A stretch of DNA of 32,000 bases from NCBI RefSeq assembly GCF_000237865.1, contig NC_017459.1, positions 2,250,001-2,282,000 of the forward strand, in the 5' to 3' direction. This DNA is from Haloquadratum walsbyi C23 (GTDB lineage Archaea; Halobacteriota; Halobacteria; Halobacteriales; Haloferacaceae). Below are positions 26,485 through 32,000 of the stretch, one piece after another. The notes beneath the pieces are model-generated. The model had not been told where the DNA came from. It saw nothing but the letters and a program-made list of their open reading frames with translations, and ran no database searches. Position 1 is the first letter of the stretch. Every line of letters starts with the position of its first letter. The translations under genes and the position numbers were made by a program.

Positions 26485-26892
26485 ATGACGATATACGTCC
26501 TTGCAACAGACCATGTCGATACGAGTGCACGATTATGTGATTACCTCATTACCCGTCTCGAAGGCTCTGATACCGTCCATGCGGTTAATTCACTGCATGG
26601 AAGTGATAAAACGGAGTCCCAAGAGATACGAGATGGTAAAGAGGCACTGTCGGTGATTAGATCACGACTTGGTGGGAGGGTCACGGTTGAGACACATCAA
26701 CTTGTCAAAGGGAATGACCCTGCAGTCGACATTCTCACACACGCTGCAGACGTTGATGCAGATGAACTTGTCATTGGGGTTCAAAAACGAACGCCGACAG
26801 CTAAGGTTGTTTTTGGATCAACTGCACAATCTATCTTACTACAAACAGACCGACCAGCTGCTGTTGTGCCACTCACCGATACTGAATCATAG
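26485..26892 (+). CDS. universal stress protein (UspA family)
   Basis: 135 aa. It has the Usp-domain pattern: an N-terminal beta strand IYVLATD, then ADELVIGVQKRTPTAKVVFGSTAQSIL (G-2x-G-9x-GS ATP-binding-like motif). Confidence 0.8.
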   Translation: MTIYVLATDHVDTSARLCDYLITRLEGSDTVHAVNSLHGSDKTESQEIRDGKEALSVIRSRLGGRVTVETHQLVKGNDPAVDILTHAADVDADELVIGVQKRTPTAKVVFGSTAQSILLQTDRPAAVVPLTDTES

Positions 26893-27301
26893 CGACTGAG
26901 TTTTATTGTATATAATAGTATAGATAACTAAGAGCGAATGAGGTGGATGATTCACACGTATACATTACCACCGCGGGGAACTCCCGCTACATTCCATTTG
27001 GAAATAATAGACTCCCACACCAGGGAGACCGCTCGCAGTAACGATTAATGCTGGATCATTCTGACGGTCAGATCGACAAGGCGTATCACGGCAGGCAACT
27101 TCATTAATCGTATACACTATCGCAACTATCGAAAAGTTATATCAAGATGAGGTAATCGTTGAGGACATATCAGTGATGAGATGATGTATTGAAGTAGATG
27201 ACGTCGCTGGTAGTCCGTATCCCTCGGTGTTTGTAGGATGCTAGTATTGTTTATAACTATATACCAGCGATATTATGCAACTACCGGTATAAGTAGAGCA
27301 T

Positions 27302-27961
27302 ATGAGTATCCTCAGACGGTTGTATGAACAGTCAAATCGGTCTGTTGGCTTATTTGTTGATGGACCGAACGTTCTTCGTGAGGAGTTCGACGTCGATCTT
27401 GACGATGTGCGGACAGCAGCAGAGCAATTCGGGCGTCCTGCTATAAGACGACTATATCTTGATGAGCATGCACCGTCAGGATTGATTCAAGCAGCAGAGT
27501 CACGAGGGTTTGAGGTTATTGTCACAAGTACCGATGTCGATGTTCGACTAAGTGTTGATCTTACCAAAGCCGCTGTAACAGATACAGCCGATATCATCGC
27601 AATTGTCTCCCGAGACGCCGATTTTAAGCCTGCGATTGAGGCTGCAAACAGTCATGACCGACGAACAGTCGTCATTGCACCAGGAGTGAATGGACGTTCT
27701 GATGCCCTCCGGAACGCAGCAGATACTCAGATAACCCTTGGCGAAGATAACCAGGAAAAAAATCAGAGCAAGGATGCGCACGGCGTGACGGCGAATGTAA
27801 TGGCTCATCAAGAAAATCAAACTATCAATGAAAAAATAAAATCACACGCCAATGTCGATGCAAATGTAGACGCAGATACAGATACGGACACAGACCCAAA
27901 CTCGAATTCAAACTCCGAGACAGCAGGGGATGCTCCGACGTTCGTTGGATATGATAATTAA
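27302..27961 (+). CDS. NYN-domain (LabA/TIGR00288-like) putative ribonuclease with low-complexity acidic tail
   Basis: 219 aa. Readable motifs are GLFVDGPNV, TSTDVDVRLSVD and IVSRDADFKPAIE, the conserved acidic residues of NYN/PIN-like nucleases. The C-terminal tail is NVDANVDADTDTDTDPNSNSNSE. Confidence 0.75.
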   Translation: MSILRRLYEQSNRSVGLFVDGPNVLREEFDVDLDDVRTAAEQFGRPAIRRLYLDEHAPSGLIQAAESRGFEVIVTSTDVDVRLSVDLTKAAVTDTADIIAIVSRDADFKPAIEAANSHDRRTVVIAPGVNGRSDALRNAADTQITLGEDNQEKNQSKDAHGVTANVMAHQENQTINEKIKSHANVDANVDADTDTDTDPNSNSNSETAGDAPTFVGYDN

Positions 27962-27985
27962 GTGTATGGATAGACACTAATCTGT

Positions 27986-28840
27986 ATGGACTCACTAAAA
28001 ACGCCAATTCTTGATAATCATCTTCATCTTGACCCAGAGCATGGTCAAGGGATTGATGCCGTCAAGGACTTTACTCAGATGGGCGGAACTCACCTTCTCG
28101 TTGTCAATAAACCGTCCTGGCATCTTGGCATCAATCCGACATCCGGTTCAGATTTCGATTCGGTTTTCGAGACAACAATTGATATTGTCGAGACCGCATC
28201 AGAGATTCTTCCAGGACGGGCATGGCCGGTATTAGGTGTTCACCCTGGACTGATTTCTCGACTCGTGGATGAGCGGTCATATGACCCCGAGACAGCAGCA
28301 GAGTTGATGTGTGCCGGACTCGACCGTGCAGCGTCATATGTCCAAAATGACACCGCACTTGCATTGAAATCTGGACGACCGCATTATGATGTCTCTGAGT
28401 CAGTATGGAAAGCGTCAAATCGTGTGATGAAACATGCCTTTCGTCTCGGTGGTAAAGTTGATTGTGCTGTTCAATTACACACTGAAGCAACAGACGATCT
28501 TACCGATATTGCAATGTGGGCTGAGGACCGAGGCGTCCCTGCACAGCGAGTTGTCAAACATTACGCCGGGGGAACACTCGCCGGACCAACGCCAAGCGTC
28601 ATGTCGCAGAAAGATCGATTAGAGACTGCGGCAATTGAGGATGAGCCATTTTTGATGGAGACAGATTTTATTGATGACCCTGATCGACCCGGGGCAGTCC
28701 TTGGACCAAAAACTGTGCCTCGACGTGTTAGGTGGTTACAACAAAATGGATATGAGACTGCGATTGAGCAAGCACACATTGAAACACCGAAAATGATCTA
28801 CGAGATTGATACAGAATCAACGCTTGCGTCGAATTCATGA
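27986..28840 (+). CDS. TatD-related metal-dependent hydrolase/deoxyribonuclease
   Basis: 284 aa. The N-terminal ILDNHLHLDP (HxH metal site), an internal VQLHTE and a later acidic ligand region fit the TatD/amidohydrolase fold. It lies 24 bp downstream of the NYN gene. Confidence 0.75.
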   Translation: MDSLKTPILDNHLHLDPEHGQGIDAVKDFTQMGGTHLLVVNKPSWHLGINPTSGSDFDSVFETTIDIVETASEILPGRAWPVLGVHPGLISRLVDERSYDPETAAELMCAGLDRAASYVQNDTALALKSGRPHYDVSESVWKASNRVMKHAFRLGGKVDCAVQLHTEATDDLTDIAMWAEDRGVPAQRVVKHYAGGTLAGPTPSVMSQKDRLETAAIEDEPFLMETDFIDDPDRPGAVLGPKTVPRRVRWLQQNGYETAIEQAHIETPKMIYEIDTESTLASNS

Positions 28841-29327
28841 ATCCCAAATCTTGAATCTATAATAGATCGAGTGCTTTTATACGCTGTCAAGACGATCGTT
28901 ACAGGCTTGACCCTGAGGTGCGTCACACTCTTGATATTATCCGGATTCATGTTGATGATTCGATTGACACAGTCATTTAAATGCAGACAATTCAGCGGTG
29001 TGAGAATCATCTTATATTTTCCAATAGACCCATCCATTGATAGTGATTAGTTCGAATAGTTTTACCGACGGTGTCGAATGACGCGGGTTCAGCGGCTCAC
29101 ATCACCGACACGGATAATCACGGCGGTAAAGACTTGCACTAATCACTATGAGAGGATATTATTACAAATGATATCTGTGAGCGATACGAGACGTCTCTTT
29201 ACTATGAGAATACAGCGTATCATACCCCAGCATATGAGAGATTTTGACGACACAGTGCATAGAATGTGATGTCATTGTCTGCATACGACAAGAAAGGTCT
29301 TTGAGTACTGACCGGAATTATGAAGAT

Positions 29328-29915
29328 ATGACCGAGGCTGAGGAGACATACTATACCGAAGAACGGTGGCAGAACTGGCTTTCACGCGTCGAAGAAGAAG
29401 AATTAGACCCAGAGAATGAGGACTCTGCACGGTTGTTGTTGAATTTACAAGATGATGCCGCAATTGCCATTGCAAAGATCGTATCAGCATTTGAAGAGGA
29501 TGATCTTGATCAATCAGTAGCACTTGATGAACTAGAGCGAGTTCGCGAAATCGTGTTGGCGGAGCCGGAATTTGAGGCACAAGGAGGTTCTGAGGATAAG
29601 ATAATGCTTGTCGATGGTGTTCAAACCAGTCTAATTTGTGTTTTTTATGCTGCTGAGGAGTACATTCTCGGAGGAACCGCAGAGTCAGCACCATTGACTG
29701 AGTATGTTGAGGCTGCCGCAGACGCTGAGGCAGACGAAGATGTTGATGCCGCCCTCGGATATTTGGTTCAAGCGGGAACACGAATTATTGCAGGCGATGA
29801 ACTTGATGTGACCGTTGTCGATGAAATCGAATATGGGCTTGTCTCTGAATGGGTCAATGGGCTTGATAGCCTGCAAAGTGCAATGAGTGATCCCGAGGTT
29901 GTTGAAGAAGACTAA
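29328..29915 (+). CDS. conserved archaeal acidic protein of unknown function (possibly DUF2150 family)
   Basis: I chose the start at Met29 (MTEAEETYYTEERWQNW). The protein is very acidic. The family assignment is from memory only. The upstream 28 codons are Cys/Ile-rich and atypical. Confidence 0.7.
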   Translation: MTEAEETYYTEERWQNWLSRVEEEELDPENEDSARLLLNLQDDAAIAIAKIVSAFEEDDLDQSVALDELERVREIVLAEPEFEAQGGSEDKIMLVDGVQTSLICVFYAAEEYILGGTAESAPLTEYVEAAADAEADEDVDAALGYLVQAGTRIIAGDELDVTVVDEIEYGLVSEWVNGLDSLQSAMSDPEVVEED

Positions 29916-30374
29916 TTACTAGAGTCGTGCTCAGTCTCGGCTGATCAATTATTCTCTGCTTCGTGGACGCTCAGTGATTGTTTAACAACCTGTGAGGGCA
30001 AGTTCCCCGAACCCGCCGGCGGGGGTGAAGCCCGACACTCGGCCTAATGCTACGTCTTCTCGATATACCGTTCACCACTTTCCGACATCGCTTCTGTCGT
30101 CCCCACATACTATTCGACCTTCCAGAATCCAGCACTCCAGAAATACCTCTCCAGAGCATCCAACCAGTGCGAATCTGAGATAGATACTCACAATCTCGGT
30201 GAGTGGAACTGCTATCGAGAGTGACGACGCGTATCCACGTCTGAGGACTGTATGGCACTGTGTGGCACTGCGTCTGCTCAGTATATACTATCACGCGTAC
30301 GAGTCGATATGCTTTCGACAAACAACGTATCTATCATCGACAAATCCAAATACCGGCCCATTGATATTAGAGAT

Positions 30375-31718
30375 ATGTCACAGACACCTGTTGGTATTGA
30401 TGGAATTGAATTATGGAGTGGAAAGCTACGGCTTGATCTTCCAAACACATTTGCACCTGTCAAAGATGAAGACCCAGAAAAATACACCAAAGGGTTGGGA
30501 GTCGAGCATTCCTCCCTTCCTGATGTGTATGAAGATATCGTAACAATGGGAGCAAACGCCGCAAAACAGCTATTAGACCGAAAGGGGCTAACGCCGGATG
30601 ATATCGGTCGAATTGACGTTGCCACAGAATCGGCATTTGACAACTCTAAGCCAGTGTCGACTTATATTGCAGGTTGTCTCGAAGAAGTGTATGAAGATGA
30701 CTTTCATCATGCAAACAAAGGAGAGCGGAAGTTTGCTTGCGTTTCAGGCACGCAAAGTATCGATGATGCATACAACTGGATCCGAGCGGGGCGTAATCGC
30801 GGTCGCGCTGCATTAGTTATTGCAACGGATACCGCATTATACGAGCGAGGTGACCCTGGTGAAGCAACACAGGGTGCAGGCGCAATAGCGATGCTCATTG
30901 ATTCAGACCCAGATATTGTTGCGCTATCGACTGAGCAAGGGTTTGGGAGCGCTGATGAGACGGATTTCCTCAAGCCGAACCAACAGTTCCCAAGTGTTGA
31001 TGGAAAACGATCCATGCAGGTGTATCTCGCGCGAATGCGAGAGGCGCTTGAAGATTATGAATCAATCGCTGACGACACTCATTCTGATGACTTCGCGTAT
31101 ATTCCGTTCCACACGCCATTTCCAGGGATGGTGCGAAAAGCAGCACTCCTTGGATTTAGACATATCTCGCGAGGGACTGACGTCGAATCAGCACTCGCAA
31201 GTGAAATTGGAAGCCAGCCACGAGAATCAGAATATGTATCACGAGAGGCGTATGAGGAAGCAATTCGTGGATATATGGATGAGCTCAAAGAAACGGACAC
31301 ATATCGTGAGTGGTATGAAACCGCAATTGATCCAACGGTCAATATAGCCCGGATGGTTGGAAATTGGTACACCGGGTCAGTACATATTGCACGGCTTTCA
31401 ACACTTATGTCTGCCGTAGATGCAGATCGTGACCTTGCCGGCGAGAAACTCCTTGTTGCATCATATGGATCAGGTGCACAAGCAGAGATTCACGCTGAAA
31501 CTGTACAGCCGGGATGGCGTGAAGCAATTGCACCAATTAATGTTGATACACAACTTGAAGCTCGATATGATCTTTCATTTGATGAATACGAGCGTGTCCA
31601 TGACGTACACAATCATGAAAAAGATACTGAGATTGAGGCATTCACCACGCCTGAATCAGAATTTGTCTTTACTGGATGGGGACGGATGAGCGAGCGACGA
31701 TATGAATATGTTGAGTAA
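30375..31718 (+). CDS. hmgB: hydroxymethylglutaryl-CoA synthase
   Basis: I chose the start at Met42 (MSQTPVGIDGIELWSG), giving 447 aa. Readable motifs are ATESAFDNSKP, the catalytic Cys in KFACVSGTQ, GAGAIAMLI, and PFHTPFPGM. The upstream 41 codons are not protein-like. Confidence 0.9.
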   Translation: MSQTPVGIDGIELWSGKLRLDLPNTFAPVKDEDPEKYTKGLGVEHSSLPDVYEDIVTMGANAAKQLLDRKGLTPDDIGRIDVATESAFDNSKPVSTYIAGCLEEVYEDDFHHANKGERKFACVSGTQSIDDAYNWIRAGRNRGRAALVIATDTALYERGDPGEATQGAGAIAMLIDSDPDIVALSTEQGFGSADETDFLKPNQQFPSVDGKRSMQVYLARMREALEDYESIADDTHSDDFAYIPFHTPFPGMVRKAALLGFRHISRGTDVESALASEIGSQPRESEYVSREAYEEAIRGYMDELKETDTYREWYETAIDPTVNIARMVGNWYTGSVHIARLSTLMSAVDADRDLAGEKLLVASYGSGAQAEIHAETVQPGWREAIAPINVDTQLEARYDLSFDEYERVHDVHNHEKDTEIEAFTTPESEFVFTGWGRMSERRYEYVE

Positions 31719-31801
31719 ATCGATATTGAGTTAGCACTAGTTAGCCAAGTCAGCGCTCAGTTATGATCTAGAAAGCAGTCCGTGATTTCAATTTCTTTGC
31801 G

Positions 31802-31850
31802 GTGGAGTCCCCTTCCTCAAATTGCGGTAGTGATGTTGTGACAGGAGATA
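31802..31850 (+). repeat. dispersed intergenic repeat, copy C (left end conserved, remainder diverged)
   Basis: gtggagtccccttcctcaa (31802-31820) is identical to 8458-8476. The downstream part (…gacaggagata) only loosely matches the purine-rich right end. Confidence 0.55.
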
Positions 31851-32000
31851 TCTCACAGTCTGCGATTACTACTCTATATATGTGAGACAAGTAATACAAA
31901 ATACAGACAGATTGAGCAATTTTCATGAGTAAAGTGGGTGATTCAGATGATATTTCAGCTCATCGCCGTTCAGAGGAATGCAAGAGAAATTATGTTCATC

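Noticed and set aside
27057-27069. The palindrome tctgac-g-gtcaga in the usp/NYN spacer as a relative of the CAGAC-N3-GTCTG pair at 7480-7520.
   Set aside because: The arms are in the opposite order, the spacing differs and the arms are shorter. The similarity is probably coincidental.
29971-30321. 116-aa ORF (-) and 63-aa ORF (+) in the GC-rich island upstream of hmgB.
   Set aside because: They are highly basic (Arg-rich), which is incompatible with a haloarchaeal cytoplasmic protein, and they have no recognisable domain.
31925-32000. Possible gene start (ATG at 31925, MSKVGDSDDISAHRRSEECKRNYVH...) running off the window end.
   Set aside because: Only 25 codons are visible. That is too little to separate a real CDS from chance.

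Overview
This 32 kb window looks like chromosomal DNA from a haloarchaeon. The proteins are strongly acidic, the genes are archaeal, the host genes are AT-rich at third codon positions, and the spacers are very AT-rich. The composition and the double-intein class II ribonucleotide reductase remind me of Haloquadratum, but that is inference from memory, not a search result. Most of the content is housekeeping: a 5'-truncated CapA-like gene, aIF2-beta, deoxyhypusine synthase, a NIF3 homolog, sucCD, a 1909-codon nrdJ carrying two LAGLIDADG inteins, the bacterioruberin genes (crtB, then crtD-lyeJ-cruF on the other strand), a universal stress protein, a NYN-domain/TatD pair, an acidic conserved protein and HMG-CoA synthase. 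I found no rRNA, tRNA or CRISPR array. Six things are worth a second look. (1) An intact 2256-bp IS4-family element (4864-7119) has perfect 18-bp terminal inverted repeats, an 11-bp target duplication and a zinc-finger passenger gene, and it is visibly GC-richer than the host. (2) It sits inside a GC-rich noncoding stretch (7131-7608) packed with eight short perfect palindromes or hairpins, including a tandem CAGAC-N3-GTCTG pair. (3) A roughly 50-70 bp polypyrimidine/polypurine-ended repeat occurs at least four times in intergenic DNA. (4) A three-gene operon appears to be a non-canonical metal-uptake module: a Tat lipoprotein with two P19/Tp34-like domains, a membrane-anchored C2H2 zinc finger, and a membrane protein with about 12 TM segments. 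(5) A 47-codon zinc-finger ORF falls below the ORF-track cutoff. (6) Several long noncoding spacers remain unexplained (2584-3585, 20430-21153, 29916-30374). I saw no clear defence-type system. All homology calls rest on motifs read by eye.
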